Of a stretch of 64,000 nucleotides of DNA, positions 50,625-60,550 are shown piece after piece. The position numbers and the translations under genes are program-made. The DNA comes from Harriotta raleighana (taxonomy: Eukaryota). The notes beneath the pieces are model-generated. The model had not been told where the DNA came from, did no database searches, and worked only from the letters and a program-made list of their open reading frames with translations. The stretch's first letter is position 1. Every line of letters begins with the position of its first letter. Location of the stretch: assembly GCA_050575255.1 (NCBI GenBank), contig JBNZDD010013727.1, forward strand, positions 9,703,081-9,767,080, read 5' to 3'.

Positions 50625-51050
50625 TTGGAAGAAACTTCCTTCCCTTTAAAAAATAACGTCATGAGATTTTTAACATGAATTCACCTCTCATCTGAAAGAT
50701 GGAACTTCTGGCAATACAAATGCTCCCCTAGTACTGAGTTAATAATATAATCCTTGCACTTACTATAGTGCCTTATCACGTCATTGAGAATTCTCAAAGA
50801 GCTACACAGAATGCACTGTAAAGTGCAATGACTGTGTGATTTATGGGCGAAACGCGGCAACCAATTGCGCACAGCGGCGTGCCACAAACGGGGTATCAAA
50901 ACTTGCCTAAAGCTTCTCCCTGCCTGTCCAGGAATTAAATCGAACCCAGGTGTTCTCATTGGATTCCTAGCTCACGTCCCGACATGGGGCTTCAAATAAC
51001 CACTTGCTGATTCCGAGACAAGAGGGCTACCAACTGAGCCAAGCTGAAAT
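50625..51050 (-). mobile_element. SINE copy nested in an older DeuSINE
   Basis: Younger SINE 50742-50960 (taataatccttgcac...gcaaccaattgcgcacagc...cgaacccagg) lies between DeuSINE core (catctgaaagatgg) and head (gctaccaactgagccaagctga) fragments. Confidence 0.7.
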
Positions 51051-51280
51051 CTGCCACTAAACTGACAAACGTCCCTTTGGGATTTTGTGGGTGGGAAGTG
51101 AATTGGGCATGATCATGTTGGGTGGGAAATGAGTTCCAAAAAAGGGACATCAATCAATAAATGCTGAATGAAAGAAAATATTTGGGGAAAAAACACAGCA
51201 CCCTAAATTCAAGCACACAATCTGATTTATTATTGCAGTTTTGAAATGATGTTTAAAATTAAATGAATTCATTTCTTCAG

Positions 51281-51473
51281 GCACTTGAAGAATCTGGTAG
51301 TCTTAAACGAAGTGGAAGAGATAGTGGATATTGTGATATCTGGTGTGCAGAAAGGAGTGAATCACCTATTGTAAGTCATAGAAGAGACGACTCGTTTGAT
51401 AGTTTGGACTCTTTTGGATCAAAATCCTTTACAAGCCTCTCATCTGAAGTAACTTTAAAGGGCAGTAGTGAAG
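51281..51473 (+). CDS. LMO7: LMO7 exon ([21 protein letters not shown]...[13 protein letters not shown]...LKGSSE-G), 193 nt, phase 0-1
   Basis: atttcttcag acceptor, AAG|gtaaga donor. Lies within ORF 51263-51520. Confidence 0.96.
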
Positions 51474-51569
51474 GTAAGATATACTTGTTTAATTCTGCAA
51501 ATGAGAAACATGAAGATTGAGGTCACATGTGGTTGTTTTTTGTTTTGGATAGTTTTTAACCACCGATGG

Positions 51570-51680
51570 TAATAATAATGCTTGCATTTATTATAGTGCC
51601 TTATCCGATCTTCTAGATGTCTCAAAGTGCTTTACAGAATATACTGAAAAGTGAATTGACTGTTATATTTTGTGGTAGAA
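51570..51680 (-). mobile_element. SINE 3' fragment
   Basis: aataataatgcttgcattt...tctagatgtctcaaagtgctttacagaatatactg. Confidence 0.8.
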
Positions 51681-52102
51681 GTTTTTGTGGTTTAAAATCA
51701 AGCAAAATTCACAGTTTAATGGCTTTGGTTTTTCACTTTTTGCAGAAAAGCAGAATAAATTCAAAAGCTTGTGTTTTGTTTGTCCTTTGCAGAATGTTCT
51801 GCCTGAAAAGAAAATTGAAAGCATCTAACACTCGTGTGAAAATAATTTGTGCACAAGGGATTTTATCACAGTCTATTAACAGATTTCTAAAAATACCACT
51901 GTGATTGCTGTCAGTAGTCTGTGAACCTTCAGCAGAGTGATCCAAGGAAAACTTAAATAGGCAGCACATGCTGGGGGCAGTGAAAGTCGGGAGAGCCGCA
52001 ATGGCTTAAATGCTCTTGCTTTTAGAACTGTATTAAATATATTTGATTTAAAAACTGCTGTTGAAATCTTTGTTTGCTAAAATAATTCTATTCTTACTGC
52101 AG

Positions 52103-52358
52103 GTGGTGGGAGCGATATTGAGTCTGAGTTTCTTAACGGCAAAATGATGGATGGACACAAAGATGACCTGAACGTTCGCAGGTTTAATCAGATCGAGCCG
52201 AAGCCTGTTGATGCTTTTAATAAGTTTTTGCCTACCAAAAGTAAACCATTAGTATACTTGCCAGCTCCGCTGAGGAAAAAACGAATAGAAAAAAATGAAG
52301 ATAACAGAAGAAGCTGGGCCAGCCCTGCATTCACAGAACCTGATGGCTCATTTTCAAG
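52103..52358 (+). CDS. LMO7: LMO7 exon (GGSDIESEF...KDDLNVRR...FNKFLP...PAPLRKK...[20 protein letters not shown]), 256 nt, phase 1-2
   Basis: ttcttactgcag acceptor, AAG|gtactt donor. Strong peptide match. Confidence 0.96.
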
Positions 52359-53287
52359 GTACTTTTCCTTTAAGAGGTTTCTGAGTTTAGTTTTATTTTT
52401 CTTGTTCAGCAATGCCGTTCTGTTAACTGGTATTTCGAACTGTTATTAATGCTAAATTTATTTGTAAATATTTATTTTTTGAATCGATTTGCAGGTATGA
52501 GCTTTGTATTTATAGTACGTTTTAAATAATCCTATAAATGTTTTTGATATCTGATCTCTTCTAAGGCTGCAATGGGGCCATTCAAGGCAGGGGAAACGTT
52601 ATCCAATGTTCTCACTCCTGATCATTATTCAGTGATCTTGGTGCAAAGTGCACGCATGTGTATTTCAGATGCAGTTGGGATCAGGTTTAGTTGTGATGAT
52701 CCTCTCACTCTCTCTCATCTCCCCACCCACTCCAGCATAGTCAAATAAATAATTTGATACTCTTTTGTCCACCTCAGCCAATGAAGATCAACTACAACTA
52801 TATGCATTACTACAACTATAATGTTTGGTTTGTGAAAATGGACCAGTCTTCTCCTTTAGCAAAGAAGCACTTTGAGCCTTTTGTTGACATGAAAGGCACT
52901 CTATAAATACAAGCTGTTTTAATTTAAGGTGCAAATAACATGGATGAATTTGAAGCCAATCTGACTATCATAACAATGTAGGATTTCTGAACTGACTCAG
53001 TAATTACTAAGACCCAATTTTAATATATGACTAATACTAGCACCTATAGTAGATTTTATATGCTTCTGCGATATTGCCTGGTGTGGGGTTGGGAGATGGC
53101 AAGTTTTCAAATAAAAGCACATTCTTAACTGGATTGACTAAGCAGCAGTATTAATAATTAATGATAATTATAGACATGTCCATGGAAGAGTCTTGTAGAA
53201 GTGTTTTTATATTACAATTTGATTGATCTATCTTTTCACAATGCTGATTTGTTACCCTAGTTCAATGTGAAAGTTATAACATCAACT

Positions 53288-53667
53288 ATATTCAGTGAAG
53301 CACTTTGAGATGTCGACAAGATGTGAAAAGCCCTATATCAAATGCAAGGATTATTATTATAACTACAGTCCTGTAGCTCAATGGTTAGAGCACTCGCCTT
53401 GCAGTGGGTTCAATTCCCGGCAGGGTGAAACCTTCAGCAAGTTTCCTTACTCTACATGCCTGATAATAATCCCTGGAAAAAAAAACAGTATTAAATTGGT
53501 CATTTCAATCCACGATTGTTGTGAGACATTGCTGTGCACAATTGGCTGCCGCACTTTGCCCACAAGTATACAGTCAGTTCACTTTTCAGTGTATTGTGTG
53601 AAGCACTTTGAGACACCTAGAAGACATGAAAAGTGCTTTATCAAATGCAAGGATTATTATTATTATT
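53288..53667 (+). mobile_element. SINE tail fragment (53288-53360) followed by a near full-length SINE (53367-53667)
   Basis: Two copies of gtgaagcactttgaga...tgaaaag...atcaaatgcaaggattattatt. Head agtcctgtagctcaatggttagagcactcgcc. Confidence 0.9.
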
Positions 53668-54493
53668 TTCCTCAGAGGCATTAATCACCTCTACGGCCTT
53701 TATCTCTATTTGTTACCCGAAAAATGAGTAAATCCTAGAGATTTAATTTTAGAACAAAGTCACTATTGCAGGGTAAATTGCTTTGTGCTTTTTCCATTAT
53801 ACTTTTCTACTTTACTAAAACTGTTAGTGAGACCAGGACTCACATGATTGTTCAGTAATGTGTGAGAAGTGATTGTAAGGCATTTGGAGATCTTCTAAAA
53901 GCCTGTTTAATAGGAACATTCCAGGAACTAAACAGTAATAAAGGTTTAATAAAGTCAAGCTTTCAATTTTATAAATACTTACTTGAGATGAGTATTACCA
54001 ATTTAGTACTGATATTTATACCTTGGCCATGCTACATTTTTTTCTGATGCTCAGATGCCAAATGCACAACAATAGTGATCTTATAAATGGGTCATATGGG
54101 AATTATCCCCCAGCTGTGATTTCCTATTGTTACATTCCAGTGGTTCCAAATGCTATGTGTAACTGGTCCCATTGCTAGTTTCTCTTCCCCCTCTCCCCAA
54201 AACCTGGAATACATTGCAGATGGACATCATTGATGTACAGTATATGGATGTGGGTTTATATGTGAGAGCGCTGAATTTGTTGGGCTAAGATGCCCATTAT
54301 CATTCAACCAAATAATATAAGTGAACACGACAACAGTCTGTTCACTCAAATAATAGTACCCATACTCATTGGTATTGGCAGAAGTTAATTCTCTATTTGT
54401 CTTCATACTTTTCAACATGTATTTTCTTGAATCGCGTTTAGTTTACCTGGTACCATAGCTTTCAATACAAATTGTTGTCTTACTTGGTCACAG

Positions 54494-54811
54494 TAGAACT
54501 GTGAAGTCTGCACAAGGGAAAAGTGTTGCTCATGATGTGGCTGAAAATGATGCTTCCACTGGAGATGTGGATGGAGCACCTCTTGAGTTTCTATATGACT
54601 ACCCTACAAGTGAATCTGAATCAGACAATGAAGGAAGAGACCCTGACCTGGTCCTGGATGACTTGGCACATCGCAAATTTGGTACTGCTGTAGGTTTTAC
54701 AAGGCAGAAAGTTCCACTGCAGCCCAGGCATCTACCTGAACAATATTTACAGACGGTGCCCCCAACTAGCACTGTAGCTGTCTTATCAGAAGAAACTGAG
54801 AAATCCAGCAG
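54494..54811 (+). CDS. LMO7: LMO7 probable cassette exon (RTVKSAQGK...SESESDNEGRDPDLVLDDLAHRKF...TEKSS), 318 nt, phase 2-2
   Basis: cacag|tag acceptor, CAG|gtcagg donor, open in the inherited frame, carries the PDLxxDDLxxRK motif. Confidence 0.8.
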
Positions 54812-55188
54812 GTCAGGAATAAACTTGATTTGCTATGATGTGCAGCTTTTGAAGCTTCAGCTAACCACCATTTTAATGCAGTCTTTTTGTTTATGTCCAG
54901 TGCTTTTATGTTGACTTGAATTTCAAAGCAAACATCTTGCACATTGTTCCAGCAGTGGCTCTTTTAGTGACTGTATCTGCCTGTCTAGAATTTTTAACTT
55001 CAGCTCCATTGCTGTGTGCCTCTGCAGCGAGTGGTGTGGCCTTGAAGTGATGACTTTGAACTAACCATTAAATATCAGGTTTAAATTCAAGAGTGCTGAG
55101 ATGTTGCAAGAAGAAAGCATGCTTTTGGCTGCTGAACATATGCTGTCAGAGAAACCCACTGACTTACATTGGATCACTTTTCATACAG

Positions 55189-55473
55189 CAGCCAGAGGCA
55201 GCTAAGTGATACCAATGTGGTGAGTGGGGATTCAGCTGATCTTTCCCATCCCCCTTGGGACGAATCCTCTTCTGATGAGGATAAAGAAGCCATTCCAGAT
55301 CTTGAAAAGGATGACCTCTACATTCGTAAACTGAGTCCAATATTGCCAGGGACAGGTGTTGCTTTCGACCGATTTCTCCCAAAGCACTGGACTCAAGAGG
55401 AAGGAGAACGGTGGAAAAGAATACAGCTTGGCTCTCAAAGTAGACCTTGGTACAAACAGCTTCAGTACATAAG
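55189..55473 (+). CDS. LMO7: LMO7 exon (SQRQLSD...IPDLEKDDLYIRKLSP...AFDRFLPKHWT...PWYKQLQYI), 285 nt, phase 2-2
   Basis: Branch point cactgac, ttttcatacag acceptor, AAG|gtttgt donor. Corresponds to human KDDLYVRKLSP...FDQFLPKCWT...PWYK. Confidence 0.92.
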
Positions 55474-56422
55474 GTTTGTCCTTACCTGATTCATTTAAAC
55501 TGCGTTTAAATTGGAGATGGTAAAACAGAATTGGTTTACAGTGGATATCTGCAGTCTGCTCATCTTAGGCACATTTGTTTTCAAAGTTTTTCGTTCTGTT
55601 CTTAAACCTTAACTGTATCACTTGATTTCTCATTTCACCATGAATTTCATCGTAAGTTTCCTTCTAGTTTCCATCCTTTACTTTTAAATCTAACTATTTG
55701 GAAATATATTACTGCAGTTTTTATATCTAAATTATATTCTACTTTTTTTTTAAATTGCCATTTTATTTGAATCGATAGTGCTTTGACATGTTTGCTCCAT
55801 GTGAAAGGTGCTCTAAACATGTTAATTGTATTGTAAAATTACACAGCTTTTCTGTAATGGTTGAAGAATTATCTTACATATTTACTTTACTAAGTATATG
55901 AGTAAAAGCATTACTTTTTCAATGAATCCTACATCTTGCAACCTTTTAAATCATTTCCTTAACTGGAAGAGGTAGCAATTGAAGTCATAGGTTAAGTTCA
56001 GTGATGCTGGGAATTTAATTATTGGCTTCGTTTCCCCAGGGAATTTGGGGCATTAATGGTTTAACCTGTAGTATTTGGAATGATTGCTTTAGTAACTCAT
56101 ATTAATCTGTAAAGAAACACAGTAACTTAACAATTTTGAAATGAATCAATTCCGTTTCTCATTGGGAATTGGGGGTGGGGGGTGAGAGAGAAAGTAACAA
56201 AGATACAATTGTCCAAATGGAATATAATGCAAAATACCATAAAATTGGGTCTGAATGGCAAAGTGCTAATACTGACTTTAATGAGGCCGTAAACAACATC
56301 CTTTAATTCTGTTTATCTTTATACTGTAGTGTCTTGCTTTCTGATCAGTTCTACAGCTGTACTCTTGTTTTTCATAATTTTTACTTTTCCTGTTCTCTTA
56401 CTCTTGTATCCTTCAACTGCAG

Positions 56423-56620
56423 AAGGAAGTCACCTGAGTTGGAAGAAGATTTAGAGTCTGATGTCTGTCTTTTCACTAGTAACACGCATGATAATACAGA
56501 ACAGATCCAGGAACACAGTACTAGGTTGGAACCATGGCTTAGTGTACATACTGTAGAATCTGCAGTGGCAATCTCTGGTGGAAGTGCGGAAGATGGCACT
56601 TGCATTTTAGATGAACAGAG
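56423..56620 (+). CDS. LMO7: LMO7 probable cassette exon (RKSPELEEDLESDV...CILDEQ), 198 nt, phase 2-2
   Basis: Long pyrimidine tract plus ctgcag acceptor, open acidic frame, phase-compatible but weak donor GAG|gtcgat. No homology recognised. Confidence 0.65.
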
Positions 56621-56744
56621 GTCGATTTGTTTGTATGATTTTAAATTGAACTAATAGTCTTAATCATTCAATTATTCCACTGAATGCGTGTGGCTTGTTT
56701 TTAATTTTAAACATGAGCGGAAATCCTTTTACATTTGCCAAGAT

Positions 56745-56860
56745 TAACCATGTTCGCCCACAAATAAACAGTCAATTCACTTTACAGTATATTCTGTGAT
56801 GCGCTTTGAGACATCTAGAAGACGTGAAAAGCGCTGTATCAAATGCAAGCATTATTATTA
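56745..56860 (+). mobile_element. SINE 3' fragment
   Basis: ttcgcccacaaat...cagtcaattcactttacagtatattctgtgatgcgctttgagacatctagaagacgtgaaaagcgct...attattatta. Confidence 0.9.
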
Positions 56861-57484
56861 CAATTATTTTATTTTATTGTATTAAGCCACTTATCACCGG
56901 TTATACACCCCAAAAATGTAATGGACATGCACCTCAAAAATGCAATGCAGTTCCCTAAAGCTGGTTAGATTTAGCTTTTTTTTCCTTCTAAATTCCGAAG
57001 ATATTAGATGCAGCATGTCACAGTATTTGAAAATCAATTTTTTATTAATTTTATTTGCACCATCAATATGTCCCTGTGGACACTTAATATCAAATTTAAT
57101 TCAACATGCCTCCTGTGATAGAGATACCCTTTAAGATTTGAACAATTTTTATAACTGATCTGAAATGTCCATTATACTACTGTATTGTATATAGCACTGT
57201 CTGGAGGACAGTTAGGACAACATTGTAGATCATTTTGTACTGTACAATGCTAATACTATAGTCCAAATTATTGCTGCATTATAGCAAGGTTGCATCTATC
57301 TTATACATAACAGATGATTTATTTCTAATTACTTTTCTGTTTGTTTCAGCCTTTGACTCTTTACTTGAATCTCAACTTGATATTGGCAAAATACAGATTT
57401 GTTTCTCTCTCTTGCTGTTTGGTTTACCAGTAAATATTTCTTTCCTCTTTCTCTCTTTTTTGTACTTTGGTTTGAAAAACATAG

Positions 57485-58228
57485 CCCATTCCCACATTGT
57501 CAAACTTTATACGTGAATTCTACTGATTCAGAATTGGCAGACTTCTCTATTCCAAGACCAAAGCTGAATCCTGCAGCAGGTCCTAGAATTGTGATGCGCA
57601 AACAGAATTCTTTCCTTTCACCATGCAACCACCTCACTAAATACGAGGAGGAGGAGGAGAGGGGCCAGGACTTGGAACCAAATTTAGAAAACGACGATAT
57701 GTTCATTCGGAAAACAGCTGCCTTCCACCCTAATCCTGACCTGACTCATTTGTTCAGTGACGGTTGCAGACGTTTGGAATTGAATGACTCTGTTGAAAGA
57801 ATTGTTATCCAGAAGAGACGTGACAAAAATGTGATACCAGATCCAGTAAAAGACGATGTGATCATTCGTAGAGAACTTCATTCTCAAGCAAAGAAGTTAG
57901 TGCCATCTGGCGCACCAGACAAATACATCCCTGTTCCATTTCCAGAACCATGGACCTTGCCTGAGCGGCTCCGCTCCAAATTTCTTTGCCTGCCTGAAAA
58001 AAATCTCTCTTCAAAGGAGGAGATGATAGAAAAGAAATTTGAGAGTGATTCACCCCACCCAGAGAAAGATGACATGTTGGCTCGAAGAATAGCCCTATCA
58101 CAGACAAGTGAAAAGGGGCAACCGAGCAACTTTATTCCCGGTTCATGTAGTCAGGAGGACATGAAGAAATGGGAAAACATAAGAGAGGCCAGCAGATTAA
58201 GACACAAGAAGAGGCGTCTGATTGAGAG
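57485..58228 (+). CDS. LMO7: LMO7 large exon (PFPHCQ...GPRIV...PNLENDDMFIRKT...SGAPDKYIPVPFPEPWTLP...KDDMLARR...WENIREASRLRHKKRRLIE), 744 nt, phase 2-2
   Basis: Pyrimidine tract...catag acceptor, GAG|gtcaga donor. Lies within ORF 57399-58277. Strong match to the long LMO7 isoform. Confidence 0.93.
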
Positions 58229-59409
58229 GTCAGAGTGTGTAGTGGCTACCTATGCGCGTTGCAGCCACTTCGTTTGAGCTGTCTGACAAATGGCTGATTC
58301 ATGCATGTTGTGTGTGAACTTGTGAATTTTGTTACTTTCGTATCATGTATTTCTTTTGGTTTACTTATTTTTTACACAAAGGAAATATTGAGCAAGCATG
58401 TGTTAACATTAGCAGCTATATTTTCGCTTTTGGTGTCCCCCATGTACTATTTCAAACACCAATTATGTTTTTAAACTCCACAACAACTTGCATTCTATGT
58501 GGTGCTCTTCATGCAGAGAAGTAGTTTCGGAATGCTTTGTGTCTCAGAGTGGCACCCCCAATTCAGAGAGACAGTTAATGTGTGTTGTGGTTGTAACAAA
58601 TAAACATCATACTTCATTGTTTCTGGAGATACCATTTTAAACAAAGCAGTGGAAAAGGATTCAGTTTGGGTGCCACCATTTATAACGGTTCAAAGTGAAT
58701 TGAGGTAGATAGCTTTGGAAATGATGAATTCAAAATTTGTTTGTAATTCATTCTTTAGTTCATTTAATTTCTTTTGCAGAATTTCATTGACCTTTTTATG
58801 AAGCCTGGGAATATCATGTAGCCTTTAACTTGTGTTCTTGCTGAGCTTTGAATAAATTGACCTTTTAATGCATCTATGGAGAGTAAAGGACTGTACTGTA
58901 TTATAAAAATGCTATTCATGCTTAAGTGTTATGCCTCTGGTTAAAATATAAGCACTCTAAAATGTTGACCTACGTTTTAGAGACCAAACAATGAAACAAA
59001 AATTGCGTGTTTGGATGAAATGCAATGTTTGAGAAAATAAGTTGCANTATAAAAATGCTATTCATGCTTAAGTGTTATGCCTCTGGTTAAAATATAAAAT
59101 ATAAATGTTGACCTACATTTTAGAGACCAAACAATGAAACAAAAATTGCATGTTTGGATGAAATGCAATGTTTGAGAAAATAAGTTGCACGATAATATTT
59201 TAGCATGCTTTACAAATTCTAGTCAAAGTGGAATGTGCATTGAGTAGATTATTTCAACTAATAATCATCAAAAAGTATGTCCATTGGCCTTCACAGGTTC
59301 TTCAAATGATATCAATTCAAACTTTAAAAGAAGACCAGAACATAATTTTTTCTTTTTTTCTTCACTAAACCCTGGGAATATCAGCATAGATATATTTATC
59401 ACTAATAAT

Positions 59410-59712
59410 TCATAATAGTCCTTACATTTGATATAGTGTGGTATTAAGCTTCACAGGATATACTGTAAAGTGAATTGACTATTTGTTTTGTGGGTGAACC
59501 CGGCAGCCAATTGTCACAGCGGTATCCCACGAACAGCCATAGAGTGAGTAACCAAATTTATTTGGGGGGATAGTTGGGCAGGACGCTTAGAAGAAACTCC
59601 CTTCTCATTCTAAGTAGTGCCATGGAATCGATAACATCCATCTGAATAGGCAGATGGGACCTCGATTGATTTGACGTTCCATCCGAAGGACCGTATCTTC
59701 AACAATCCAACA
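59410..59712 (-). mobile_element. Older Deu-domain SINE fragment
   Basis: cacaggatatactgtaaagtgaattgac...ggcagccaattg...tagtgccatggaatc...acatccatctgaataggcagatgggacctcg. Confidence 0.75.
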
Positions 59713-60517
59713 CATTGTGTAGTATAAACATTTGTTCAAATTGTTAGTGACTTGCTATTTTTGATACTTTTAAGTCATGGAGTATACAAATATTTTGTAT
59801 AGAGGAAAAACAAGGTACATTTGTGAACCTAGCGTACTCTCTTGGTTATTTAAACCTGAACCTGAGGAACTAGGGGAAGTCACTTGGACTTCTTCCAGTT
59901 CCTAGTTCAAATATCCTTTTGTTAACCAGCTGCATTCTATAAATTTGTACCATAGCATTTTTGTTTGCAAAAGCTGATTAGTTTTGATTTAAGCATTGCC
60001 TGTTCTGTGTACATTTATCCTAGAAAATGTTTTTGAACATCTATTTTATCACAGCAGAAGCCATGTGAACATTCTATTTCTATTTTTAGCAGCGGATTCA
60101 TTTATTGTACATTGTAAATGAAGGATCACATATTGAAAATTCTCAATTATTTTATATTAGGAACAATAGTGATTTTTCTCTTTTAGTTTGATAGTTACCA
60201 GCTTCACTTTGTGCTTTGTTTTTTTCCCCATAGTCACTTCACACATGTTTAAAACCTTCTTCAGTATTTCATAGTTTAAACTACTTGACACAAATTTTTG
60301 GTGATAAAATAATAATTGCAGCATTTGTTACATTACGGAGTTAGATTTTCGCATGAGAATTCTTATCAAAAGTCAGGTTGTGTAAAACCTTTATGCAGAA
60401 ATTATCCCCCAAATTATTTCTCACTTTTATAACTGGAAGTACCTAATATTGAACACCATCTATTGTAATAACACAGATGTTACATGTTGTCTTTACTGGT
60501 TTTCTTCACTTCTATAG

Positions 60518-60550
60518 ACTGCTTGAAAAGTCAGCTGATATTGATTTAGG
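60518..60550 (+). CDS. LMO7: LMO7 small exon (R-LLEKSADIDL-G), 33 nt, phase 2-2
   Basis: ttttcttcacttctatag acceptor, AGG|gtaagt donor, open frame. Positional equivalent of the human RLFQKIYGENG segment. Confidence 0.85.

Larger units (their letters stand above)
13014..60550 (+). other. LMO7: LMO7 gene, partial (second CH-domain exon through the phase-2 cassette block); gene extends beyond both window ends
   Basis: 12 GT-AG exons splice in one open frame. The peptide follows vertebrate LMO7 ([87 protein letters not shown]). The last motifs favour LMO7 over its paralogue LIMCH1. Confidence 0.95.

Noticed and set aside
57330-57400. Strong-looking acceptor ttttctgtttgtttcag at 57349 upstream of the 744-nt exon
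   Set aside because: In the required phase 2 it reads S-L-stop (C CTT TGA), and no good donor follows. The 57484 acceptor keeps frame. An unproductive alternative acceptor cannot be excluded.
13014-60550. LIMCH1 as the alternative gene identity
   Set aside because: The CH domain is shared, but [30 protein letters not shown] and EASRLRHKKR follow LMO7.
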